From positions 15,376,001 to 15,440,000 of the forward strand of contig JAQFVV010000006.1 in NCBI GenBank assembly GCA_028023455.1: 64,000 bases of DNA, in the 5' to 3' direction. A model generated the notes under the pieces. The model was given only the letters and a program-made list of their open reading frames with translations, had not been told where the DNA came from and did not search any database. The position numbers were made by a program, and so were the translations under genes. This document shows positions 51,626 to 62,900 of this stretch, piece after piece; position 1 is the first letter of the stretch, and the number at the start of each line of letters is the position of its first letter. The DNA comes from Epiperipatus broadwayi (lineage: Eukaryota; Animalia; Onychophora).

Positions 51626-51719
51626 TGGCTCAAAGCATATTTCGATTAATCAATATAACAGAATCCACATAGGCTCATTGTTTTTTCAATAGCATCCTTT
51701 CCATTAATAATTTATCTAC

Positions 51720-52190
51720 CAGTATGTTTTAGTGGATGAATATTATCAGTATATCCATGCTGAATATGAAAAGTTCAAGGATGATCATAATCTTACTTGT
51801 TCTCAATGTTATGATGTTCAAGTATTCAATAACAATTTGACACAGTTATTCCATTCAGTGTATCAATTTTGAGATATTTTATTCAAACCTAAAGACCCAT
51901 TCCTTCTTGAAGTCCATGAAATTAGTGAAATCTCATATGGAGTTGTGGTACCTTTGGTATCAGCAATTGTCACATCAGTGCTAGGAAAGATGATCATGTT
52001 AATTCAGTTTCTCATTTCATGCTATGGATACACGATATAGATTTTTCAAATACAATTATCCCTATCTGTATGTAAAACTTTCCACCAGTGTAAGTTTAGA
52101 GAAGCCATTGAGATCTTTCAAAGACAAGACTGTACCAATTAGTGTCATGATATGTGTAAACTATCTTCCTTTTAGAAATTTTTTTAAAAA
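51720..52190 (+). pseudogene. Penelope-like element linker and GIY-YIG endonuclease relic
   Basis: Across frameshifts: DILFKPKDP (51888-99), EVHEIS, HDIDFSNT (52031-54) and KFREAIEIFQRQDCTN (REAIEI at 52098-52115). This is the characteristic PLE endonuclease C-terminal pattern. Confidence 0.7.
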
Positions 52191-53404
52191 TCATTAATCT
52201 TAATAGTTGTTGATTTTTATATTGTTTTTCTTTTTTGTTATCATTCCATCCGCACATTTATATTTAAAATTTTTCTCTCCTTGTTTTACGTTGGTTGAAT
52301 ATTTAATATTGTTATAGATCAATGCTTACAGTGCCTCCACAATGTTTTTTTATAATATTCATTATCCAGTTGATTGCCAGTATGACCCAGCTGAAATGTT
52401 AGTATGATAATACTATGAAACGTACAAGGATGAAGTGAGATAATATGTCATCTACACATGTTATCTCAGCTGGAAATTGAATCTGCAACTGCTAGTTTTT
52501 TAGTCCACCAGTTTGTCATTGCAAGAAACTAAACTGATTAAGGATAACGTTGAATTTGTGTAATACAAGAATTTATCTATATTAATTTCTGTCCAAAAGC
52601 AAGTAGAGTAATAAGGTAATTAAGGAACTACGATTGAGCAATAATACCTGATCTTCAGTCATTTCTTGCCACCCCTTAGCAAAGTTTATTTTAGTATCTC
52701 GGTATTTAGAATTGCACAATAAATATTCACATATATATAATATAATCAAATGGCTTTATTACGAATTCGTAAGAAGTTTAAGTGTTAGTACTGAAATCAT
52801 TCCCGAGAACTTTAAAATATTCAAGAGTCTGACATTCTTCTACTGCACTAATCATGCAGGTTAATCACTAACAAATCATGGTTAATTTCATGAATGATAG
52901 TGTTACATGCTTCAATAATGCACTGATAAGGTTCCATGTTTTTTATTTTCTCTAAATATATTGTACATTCTCAAAATTCTGCTTGCTATTCTGGATTGTT
53001 TTTGTCCGATTTCTCTTAGAACCAAAGTTTATAGGGATTCGATTCACGAATTTTAAAAAGGTTATAGATGCTTTTTTGGATATTTTAGATGATTATTGAT
53101 GAAAAAGCTTTTTGCATTTCTCATTGCAATATACATAGACTGCAATCATTTTATTATTAATTGATCTCCTCGGAAGGCCACTGTTTAGTTTATTATGCAT
53201 CAGTCTTATTTTACTAAACATTGTAGATGTGTTAAATCTGTTAAATTGTGCAACTTCACATTATTTTCAGTTTCCTATAAATGGTATTATTTGAAATCAT
53301 TTTTCTTTGAAAGATACTTTGTTTCGTAATAGTACAAAAATATGCTTTAATTCTATGATGACTTATGAGACATTTAAAAATATATTCAGTTTTATGTAAG
53401 ATCT

Positions 53405-53451
53405 TGGCTGCAGTGGTTTATATCTTATACCTATGATCTGGGTTCAAATCC
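53405..53451 (+). other. tRNA-derived SINE-like head (Pol III A and B boxes)
   Basis: TGGCTGCAGTGG and GGTTCAAATCC; no full cloverleaf. Confidence 0.5.
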
Positions 53452-55021
53452 GAGGCAAATACAATTTAAAATTTTTTTAGATTATAATTACATTAAAGTT
53501 TTTATTTTTCCGACAGTCGACTTTTAGGCAATCCAGGATATCTAACTATTTTTAACCAGAGGTAAAACATGAAAATTATTCAAACCCTCCTCAGAATTAC
53601 AAGCATGGAAGTTACACTTCTTTATTTTAATAGTTCCTCTACGAGGGCTATGGTGAGGTTTTTGCTCTGCAGTGAACTGTTTATCTATTTTCTGTGAATA
53701 TATAGACATATAATTTTAACTTCAAAGCTATTTACGGAACAAACATGTCTGAAGATGTTACTAAGATAATTTACAAGCTAGATCTCCAAAGAATCATTTT
53801 AACAAACTTTGTAAATAATGTCACCTTCTATTATATCAATGCTATCTATTTTGTCAAATAAAAGATGCTCACCTTTATCTGACCTTCGGTTAATTATATA
53901 GTAATGAATTAAGCAGTGGTACTTGAAAAGGCTGAAACTTTATTAGTGGTGATGTTAGTTTTTAGCGCCATCCTTTGGATTTTGAGGCCCGGGTACAAAT
54001 TTGGAGTGGTGCCCTCAGCAAATAAAAAAGTGAATAAATAAATAAAATTTAAAATTTTTAATACATTTATTCTTATCTAAATAGTAATACTTATAACACA
54101 AAGAAAAACGACATTAATATAACTTTATTTTTTTTACTTTAATTTTAGAAAATTTATCTATTATCTCACATAAATTTAAATCTTTGCATAATTTACTTTT
54201 TATGGAAAGCAATGTTAGATTAGATAGTCTTTCTTATGCCGTTGTGGATCTTAAATAGTTTTTTATTATTGTAAGCTTTGATAAACTATGTCCGAACTCG
54301 GCAGTGGTTATCTGAATTGTTAATAAAATTCTTAAGATATATATATATGTGTAAGATATATATGCATAAGATATATATTGTGTTGTTGAGTGAAATAAGG
54401 TAGCTCGGTGTGGGGCCCACTAATCCCAGGGCTCCGAGCATTAGCCCTGTTGACCGACCTTAGAGACGCTACTGTTTGTTTTTACATCAATCAAGCCAGC
54501 TTACAGTTTCAAATATTTATTTTAAAGGAAATTGATGTGCATGTGAATAATTTTATGGCTTATCAAATATATAATACTAAGAATGTAAAGCTATTCATGG
54601 AACAAAAGAAGTCCGAATATATTACTAAGCTAATTCACAAGCTAGATCCCCCAAAAATATTATAAATGAAGTTGTAAATAATGCCCAGCTTTTGTTATAT
54701 TAAAGCTCTAGTTTATTAGTATTAATCAAGTCAGCTTATAGTTTTAAATATTAATTTAGATTAAAGTCTAATGATTTTTTTTACAGACATGCAAATAATT
54801 TTACAGCTTATTAAATATGTAATGCTGTTGTTTGCCTAATGGTTTGTGATGGCAGCATTTCAGTAGTAATTATGTGTTAGACGATTTCTGTCATCTAATA
54901 TTAAATATTGAATGTCTTCAGTTTATAACATGTTTTGAATGGTATTCTCTTCTTTAGGTGTTGCTACCTTTAGTCCACTGACAGTACTAACATGGGAATC
55001 AAATCTGGACTGTTATCAGAT

Positions 55022-55082
55022 GAGCTCAGTTAGTTAGTGCATTGCCTTATTCATGAATCTAAAGAGGTCCAGGTTCGATTCC
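55022..55082 (+). other. tRNA-derived SINE-like head, preceded by a short inverted copy of its B-box region
   Basis: A box GAGCTCAGTTAG, B box GGTTCGATTCC at 55072-82. CATGGGAATCAAATCTGGAC (~54991) is the near reverse complement of GTCCAGGTTCGATTCCCATG. Confidence 0.6.
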
Positions 55083-56199
55083 CATGCTAATACTGTTATT
55101 GTCCGGGTCAGCAACACCTGAAGAAGAGAAGAGAATAATACCACTTGAAACCTTGTGTTATATACTAATCTGTGTGCCATTATTAACAATCGAATGTATT
55201 TGGAATCCAATATTAACATTTCGAATGTATTTGGAATCCAACATATCATTACTAATATAATACTAAGTAAAATATTTGTATGGATTAATACATACACAGA
55301 TTTTCTTACAAAAAACAAAAGAATTTTGTGGTAGTTTGATAATGTGAGATACATTTCTGGAAGATCTTATAATTAATTCAGGGTTTCATTACAATTAATA
55401 GATATGGAGATGAAGTAATCATTTATTCCTTTTATGGAAAAATTGAAAATATAAATTGAGAGAATAGAAGAAAATAATTGTTTTATTATAAAAAGAGGAA
55501 AATTAATAATTATAAGTTGGGAATGAAAAATAAGAAAGGCAAAAATTGATATGTTTTTTTATCATTGAAAATAATATGGTTTAGATCAGGGATAATTATT
55601 TATGTAGCCAGAGGGCTGCAATTTTAGAGTTCCATCCAAAAGAATATCATATTGATAGAAAATTATTCATGTTAATATTTATCATGTCAATGTTTATTAA
55701 TCGTACATACTAGCTTTCTCTTTCTATAACAAAATACTCATTGGATCCTTTTCTTGAAGTGCAGGATTTTCTTTATCACCTATTCCCATCCTTTTTACTA
55801 TGAATTTTACTTTTAATTACTGTTATTAATAGAGTTGTCATGACTTTGATATATAAGCACTTTCTCAGCAACTATGCACTAATATACGACTATACTAGTC
55901 TATGTATTATGGGTGTCTTCATGGAAACATGACTATGCAGTTTTGAGCATTCTGGTTTAGAAATTGCTGAAGCTGTAAAATGGCCCTGCTCTAACTATAT
56001 CAGCTTTTTAGCTCGCTGCCAATGATAAATAAATCGTTGAAATATTTTATCGCAGAACTGCATACATCATCATAACTGGAATGATGTCTTCATGAATGAA
56101 AGTATTTTTATCTGTAGGAATTATTAGCGCAATGTATTTTTTTTATGATACAATATTTTATTATAATAAAAATGAATAAACACATTCTATTAAAAACTG

Positions 56200-56575
56200 T
56201 TTATTATATATATTTTGTAAAAGGAGGTTTCCTTGACAACAGATTGAGATTAGGCTTGAGCATTATTAGTTTTATTATCTAAGTAATAAGTTCAGTAGAA
56301 TTTGGAAGTTATGTGATTATTTGTTAGTCTACTTTCAGAACAGATTATATTTGCCTGTTTAATGAGGTTTATGTAAACTTTTTTGAATTAATAATTTCAG
56401 TCTCTTTCGTCAAATTGCAATTTTTAATATCGCTGTAATGTAGTGGGCCATATATAAAGATGCGTATCCACCTTTATTGCAAAAGAAGGTTGCCTTGGTA
56501 ACAGATTAAGATTGTTGATTATTACTGATATTGGTATTGTTTAAGTGTTGACTGCTTTCATGCATTTATATTTTG
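56200..56575 (-). repeat. Family C repeat (partial tandem, period ~262)
   Basis: ccttgacaacagattgagat at 56231 and ccttggtaacagattaagat at 56493; homologous to 29935-30225. Confidence 0.55.
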
Positions 56576-56659
56576 AAAATATATGTGAGCTGGATTATGA
56601 ACTTTGGCTTGTGGACCAGGTGTGCCTATCCTCGGTTTAAATGATTAATGGTCATTTGT

Positions 56660-56885
56660 CTGTGTCATCATCATTCCACTACAGGATGAAGATCTCTCCA
56701 AGTTCAATCCATCTTCTCTGATCTTTGGCTTCTCTTCACCCCTGCACACTTTTTTATTTCATCCATCCATTTCAATGAAGTCAGTAACACCTGTTTGTTC
56801 TCTTATTCGATCTCTTCTTGTTACTCCCAACATGCATCTCTCCATATTTCTTTGAGTTGTCTGAAGTCTCTGTATTGCTCTTCTA
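56660..56885 (-). mobile_element. Internally deleted RTE 3' fragment
   Basis: Reverse complement of the RTE 3' end, with a short (CAT)n tail on the + strand. Confidence 0.8.
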
Positions 56886-57396
56886 TTAATACAGATAGCT
56901 TACCATTAATTTAAATATTCGAAAAATTTTTATTATCCAAATAAAATTATAAAATATTATTTTCATTTATTATTTTAAATACTGTTATCCTAAAAATTTT
57001 GTACTAAAATAAATCTAACTAAATTCTGTATTTTAATCTATTGTTATTAATAAAATAAATTTATGCATATAGTAAAAAATATTTATATATGTACACAAAA
57101 CTATAGATAATAAAATTGTAAAAAAAAAAAAAATCAGTCACAAAAATGAATGTGAAAACAAGGAATATTAATCCCAAAAATACGGAGATAAATAGTAATT
57201 AATTACTAATTATCTTTGTATTTTTGGAATTAATATTTCTTGTGTTTACATAGATAATAAAGTTAAAAATATTTTATTTAAATTTTTAGGAGAATTTTAT
57301 AATTTAGAGAACAAAGATTTGTTGTTGAAATATGAAAAATTCATAAATTCAAATAAATCTTAGAAAGAGATTTTGGATTAATGGTCGTTTGTCTGT

Positions 57397-59112
57397 ATCA
57401 TCATCATCATCAACCATTATAAATCCACTGCAGGATGAAGGTTTTTCCAAGTTCAATCCATCTTTTCCTATTATTAGCTTCTCTTCTTCACATCACCTCT
57501 GCACACTTTTTTTTATTTCATCCATCCATCTCACATGTGGTATCCTTCTGGGTCTTTTACAATCTCTTGGAATCCAGTTTAAGATTTCAATTGTCCATCT
57601 ATTATTATCTCTTCTAGCAATATGTCCAGCCCGACTCCACTTCAATCTTTTAATTTTTTTCAATGAGGTCAGTAACACCTGTTTGTTCGCTTACCATATA
57701 TTGTGTTTTCGATCTCTTCTCGTTACTCTTAACATGCATCTCTCCATATTTCTTTGAGTGGTCTGAAGTTTCTGTATTGCTCTGTCCAAGTCTCAGATCG
57801 ATAAGTAAGAACTGGTTTATTAAAAATTTTCCTTTTCAAACACATGCATATTTCTTTTTAGTATCAAGTTGTTTCTATCAAAAGCACTCCAACCAAGTTT
57901 AATTCTATGATTAATTTCATCCATTATGTTTCCATCTGCATTATTAATCTGACCATAATCAATCTTATTTATATATATATTTATTTTATCAATCTATTTT
58001 GAGAAAATTCATTAAACATTACTTTAGTCTTTTTAACATTTATCTTTAGTCCTACTTTAATCTGATAACTCCTGCAACATTTCCTGCAGTTCTAAAGCAT
58101 TATTTTCATAAACAACTACATCATCTGCAAAATCTAAATGGCTTAAATAATCTCATTTACGTTCACTTCTTTTGCTTCTCATTTTAATTCACAAAATACT
58201 TCCTGCATCATTGCTGTAAAAAGTTTTGGAGATATGGAGTCACCCTGTCTTACCCTTCTCAATGTTGACTTTTCTATAATACCATTATGTAATCTAATTG
58301 TTGCTATTGCATCACCACGAGTGCATTCCAGACAATCCCACAATTGTGTGTAGAGAGAGATATGACCTTAAAAGAAAAATCAGAGGCCTTCTTCATCTCA
58401 CGAGACAAGGATGCCATAAGTAGGAAGAAAACGTGCTATGCTTTATCGAAGAAATGGAATTAGCATATTTGCATATCATTAAATGTAATAGCAAGCTATG
58501 ATTATGAAGGCAAGATCCTTTGAAAGTGCTCAGCTCGTTTGTTTTTAGTTATCTATTTTATATTAATACTTTATAGCTTTTGGGAACAGTTGTGTCGCAC
58601 ACGTGCTAGAATAAATATTCTTTAAAATATGACAATATCCCGGATCTATACCTTGATGATCCAATGCTTTAATCACTGAAGAAATGTTTGTAGAGTCAAA
58701 TACCTTTTCATAATCTGCAAATCCAAAGCATAATTGCAACTCATATTCATTTGTCTTTTCTATAACTTCTCTCAATACCTGGATATGATTTACTGTACTA
58801 AAACCACTTTTAAATCCAGCTTGTTCTCTTGGTTGGTGGAAATCCAATGTTCTCTGTAGACGAGTTATAATTATCTTGGTAAAAAATTTGTATAAAACTG
58901 ATAAAAGGCTGATAGGTCTGTAATTTTTAATATCTTCTTTATCACTTTGTTTAAATATTAATATTAATACTGCATTCTTCCAATCATCTGGGACATCTTT
59001 ATCATTTAGAAATTTGGTATATAACTTTGATAATTTTTTTCATATTTCTTCACCTGCTTCTTTTAATATATCAATTATAATTCCATCATTACCTGGAGTC
59101 TTTCCTTTCTTC
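57397..59112 (-). mobile_element. 5'-truncated RTE-clade LINE (RT to tail), interrupted at 58312-58609
   Basis: (CAT)n at 57397-57412. QPREQAGFKSGFSTVNHI..FADYEKVFDS. Collinear with 5763-6853. Confidence 0.9.
58312..58609 (+). mobile_element. Mini Helitron-like insertion
   Basis: Starts A|TC and ends with the hairpin TGTG-TCG-CACA followed by CGTGCTAG. No TSD; the RTE sequence resumes on both sides. The 3' flank is A rather than the canonical T. Confidence 0.45.
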
Positions 59113-59329
59113 TGATATGGCACAATAATAGTCTTGATTATTTAAAGCTTTAAAAATATTTTTGGTGAAAAGAACCTTCTTCAAAAAGTAAAGGTTACAA
59201 TATGCCTTTTGAAATTTGATATTTTAAATCAGTGATAATCAATCTATGGGCAATGCACCAAATACGGTGCTCTGTGGGACTAAATTTGTTACATTAGATT
59301 TCTCAGACTACATCTTGTTAAGTAATAGT

Positions 59330-59680
59330 TCTTTTTCACCATAGCTATGACACCTAATGTAAACTTGAGTAATAGTAGATGCGAGATGATAGTGCTTAAG
59401 AATTCTTTTTTCTCAAACAACCTTAAATTATTTTCTATTCTATGCCTTTTATGAGAAAGGAATTTTTGTATCTAAGAATGGTGAACCATTCTAAAGGTGC
59501 ACCTTTATGATCTAATGCATCTTTCCTCTAGCAGACATCATTTACTTCTGTTAAGCTATCAAGCTACGAGCCTATATTGAAAAATATTTAGATGTTTTCT
59601 ATCTATGCCAACTTGCTTGTAATGTCATAAATCTAAAAACAGTTCAGTATCTACATATCAAGGTGTCGTTAGTTTTTTTA
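59330..59680 (-). pseudogene. Possible Penelope-like RT C-terminal relic
   Basis: NGSPFLDTKI at 59490-59461 resembles PLE NxxLPFLD. A degraded CRY..F (RYVDD-like) lies upstream. Heavily decayed. Confidence 0.4.
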
Positions 59681-59699
59681 ACTTAGGATAGAGACATCT

Positions 59700-60505
59700 T
59701 TATTAAATACATTTATAAAAGATATTAACAATCAACTCTTAAGCTATCGACAATCTCAATCTGTAGTCAAGGCAACCTCTTTTAATAATGAAGATGGTAC
59801 CATCTTTATCTATGGTCTGATATGTTTATAGAGACATTAAAGATTGCTTTGTCTACAGGTTGAGATTGTTGATAGCTTAATAGTTGATTTGTGATATCTA
59901 CATTTACAAACCTATTAAAGCCTTAATAATAAATTGAGAGGTTGCCAATCTCACATGCGCCTACTGTTGCTTTTCAGACAGCCAATCAGATGTTAAGACA
60001 GCAGTCTGAAGCACGATCAAGCCGCAATACATGACAGAGTTTTTGATAAGAAAAGGAGGGTCCCACTTTCTTCTCTACTTAACTTTTTATATATATAAGC
60101 CGGTCTTAAGCACCTTGGCTTGAAAAGTGTGAAGCTATAAATATATTCATATATTACTCACTGAGTCTTAATTTACGATAGTACAGCACGAAACCTTAAG
60201 TTTACTACGCCGTAGTTTTTTAGATGTTAATATAAGCTATCAGCAATATACATAAATAATATTATTGTATAAATCACCTATTGTTGTTGTTGATAACTTA
60301 TATTAACATCTAGAAAACTACGGTGTAATAAACTTAAGGTTTCGCACTGTACTATCGTAAATTAAGACTCAGTGAGTAATATATGAATATATTTATAGCT
60401 TCATGCTTTCAAGCCAAGATGCTTAAGACTGGCTTATCGGATTGGCTGTCTGAGAAGCGACAGTAGGCACATGTGAGGGATTGGCAACCTCTCAATTTAT
60501 TACCG
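59700..60505. mobile_element. Family C inverted pair followed by a family B unit and its inverted, internally deleted copy
   Basis: 59705-59775 vs 59835-59900 inverted; family B forward 59921-60290; inverted 60290-60505. Confidence 0.8.
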
Positions 60506-61126
60506 ATTCAACAACAATATGCGATTTATACAATAATATTATTAAAGCCTTGAGTAATTGGCTTATTGTCTTAATAAAAGATATTACACAAGATAAAAAG
60601 AAAAATGAAGTGGAATATACTTCATATGAGTGAGCATAATTAAATAATGAGTTGATAGAAGACACTTAAAATGCACTCACTCACAGTAATATACGTAGAA
60701 TGATTTCAATCCGAAAACTTATTATTAAAGAGTTTCTAGTATGCAAATGAAATTTTATGATGATCTTTAATTTTTTGTAATAAATAAATTAGTTTATTTA
60801 TTTATAAACAAAAATAATTTTTTTTAAAAAATCTGTAAAATATCTGTAAATTAATACATCTAAATGCAGTAAGCTGCCTGTTATTTTTTTCTTTTCTACT
60901 TTAGCAGAGTTTGAGTTTACAATGAATCAATAAAAGATTATTACAATCTAAAAAAATCATAAATTGGAAAAAGATGCGGAACTGGAAATTTTGGATTAAA
61001 TGATATTACCTGGTATTATAACCTGCAGCTCTATGATATATTATGTTATACGTAATTAGAAGAATTCGAACTTAGAATTTTTCAGTCTATCTCAAGCAAC
61101 CGATATACATGACCACATACATGTGA

Positions 61127-61530
61127 CATTTAATAGAAGAGCAATACAGAGACTTCAGACCACTCAAAGAAGTATGGAGAGATGTATGTTTGGGGTAACA
61201 AGAAGAGATCGAAAACGCAATGTGTGGGCAAGAGAACAAACATGTGTTACTGACCTCATTGAAAAAATTAAAAGATTGAAATGGAGTTGGACTGAACACA
61301 TTGCTAGAAGAGATGATAATAGATGGACAATTGAAATTTTAAACTGGATTCCATGAGATTGTAAAAGACCCAGAAGGAGACCACATGTGAGATGGATGGA
61401 TGAAATAAAAAAAGTGTGCAGGAGTGATGTGGAGAAGAGAAGCTAATAATAGGAAAAGATGGATTGAACTTGGAGAAACCTTCATCCTGCAGTGGATTGA
61501 TAATGGTTGATAATGATGATGATGATGATG
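61127..61530 (+). mobile_element. Short RTE 3' copy inserted into family D, with a 10-bp TSD
   Basis: TSD ATACATGTGA (61117-26) / ATACATTTGA (61531-40); (TGA)n tail. Shares diagnostic bases with the 57.4 kb copy. Confidence 0.9.
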
Positions 61531-61547
61531 ATACATTTGAAAAAAGA

Positions 61548-61616
61548 TAAATCATCCCCAATATATGTTTTTCATGCAGAATCTGCACTCATCAGTTCGT
61601 CCAGATCATGATCTCC
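61548..61616 (-). ncRNA. Type-I hammerhead motif (family D, copy 2)
   Basis: GAGATCATGATCTGGACGAA CTGATGA GTGCAG-ATT-CTGCAT GAAA AACATA TA|TTGGGGATGATTT. Homologous to 16658-16726, with a fully paired stem II and decayed stems I and III. Confidence 0.65.
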
Positions 61617-62000
61617 CACACATATATACAATCAGTGCTCGGTTTATATTAAGATAGCAATTCCTTGAACTTTACTGGGCAAGCTTTAATCTTCTCACCC
61701 TTTCAACTATTCAACCATCCATTTCATTGAAAAACCAACAATGGAACACTCAAAGCCTTTGTTGGAGTTGATATTGTAATCATATCCATGTAGACATCAT
61801 GTCACTCTAACCCCTCATATTACCGTACCATTACGTATCCATGTATATTAATAGGAGAGGGATGGGCTGAACTTATATTATGATGGTATATGTATAAATA
61901 ACAAATACACAGAGCCTAAGGTGTATAAAATTTTAGAGTCCAGCGGCACTCTATTGCTCGCTGGATTGCAACTATCAATAACACAATATAAATTAATTAA

Positions 62001-62450
62001 TGAGGCAGCCCGGCAAGTAGGTTTAAATAACGAAGATTTATTTAAAGGTTTATATATGAGTTAATCACTATTAATATATACAAAGTATGAATGATATATA
62101 CACGCTAATATTATTATATATAAATAAGGGGCCCGAAGGCAGAGTAAAATAATAAAGAGATCGGTACGACCTGTTATAGTTCCCTAGGTTTACTTTGGCA
62201 CGTCCGGAGGTAAATCTCTCCGCAAGGCTAGGTGAAGCAAAGGAGCTGACTGGAGCACCCGAGGAAATGGCACATCTACCTTTCAAGCGCTTCACTTAGC
62301 AAGTGTCCTCTCTCAGTTCAATATTAGATCCATTACTTGTCACGCCTTTATTTTGGAGTAGCCTCCCTTCATTGGCCATCCGCTGTCCACGTGGTGGTCA
62401 TCTCTTTAGTTCTTATAGGATCCCTGATTAGATAATGTCACGCCTTTAAC
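62001..62450 (-). mobile_element. Solo-LTR-like GC-richer block
   Basis: Starts TGAGGCAG, is compositionally distinct and has a layout similar to 49651-50260. The far end and TSD are not resolved. Confidence 0.3.
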
Positions 62451-62900
62451 ATTGTCTATTCTAAGCAATGGCTTTGTTTACATTATCTAATCCTTCTTGA
62501 TAAATTACTTTATAGTTTAGCGCTAATATATCATTTAATTATTTACAATACACAATTAGCGATCCGTTAGTTTTACATTTATTTTTATTATTGGTTAAAC
62601 GTATTTTTTCTATACATGCACGTACACACACATTTAGCAAAAATTTAAATGGCAGTAACAACATTATCGTAAACCATATATAAATAAGTCTCACCTATCA
62701 GGAAATGATAAAGAATAGAATGGACTATCTATTATTTAAGCTTTTGATGGTTATAAGTTTTTCGTTGTTTGATAATCCTAGTAATAAAGAGTAAAAATTA
62801 TATATTAGTCTGATAATAAATATAATGTCAACAAACAAAAATTTGTAACCATCAAAAGCTTAAAAGAATAAGTAGTCTTTCTATTTATTATCATTTAAAT

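Noticed and set aside
53910-54476. Possible hAT MITE ending ..gagacgctactg
   Set aside because: The left TIR is ambiguous and there is no TSD.
54585-54640. Family E GGAAC..GTCC-GAAT as a hammerhead half
   Set aside because: The upstream word is CTATTCA rather than CUGANGA in all copies.
54872-54932. Minus-strand CTGAAGA..GAAATCGTC hammerhead-like match
   Set aside because: Stems I and II are offset by 3-4 nt and it is a single copy; chance core matches are expected in 64 kb.
53405-55090. tRNA genes at 53405 and 55022 (and B-box-like words near 16806, 19030 and 39950)
   Set aside because: No acceptor stem or cloverleaf can be formed; treated as SINE-like heads.
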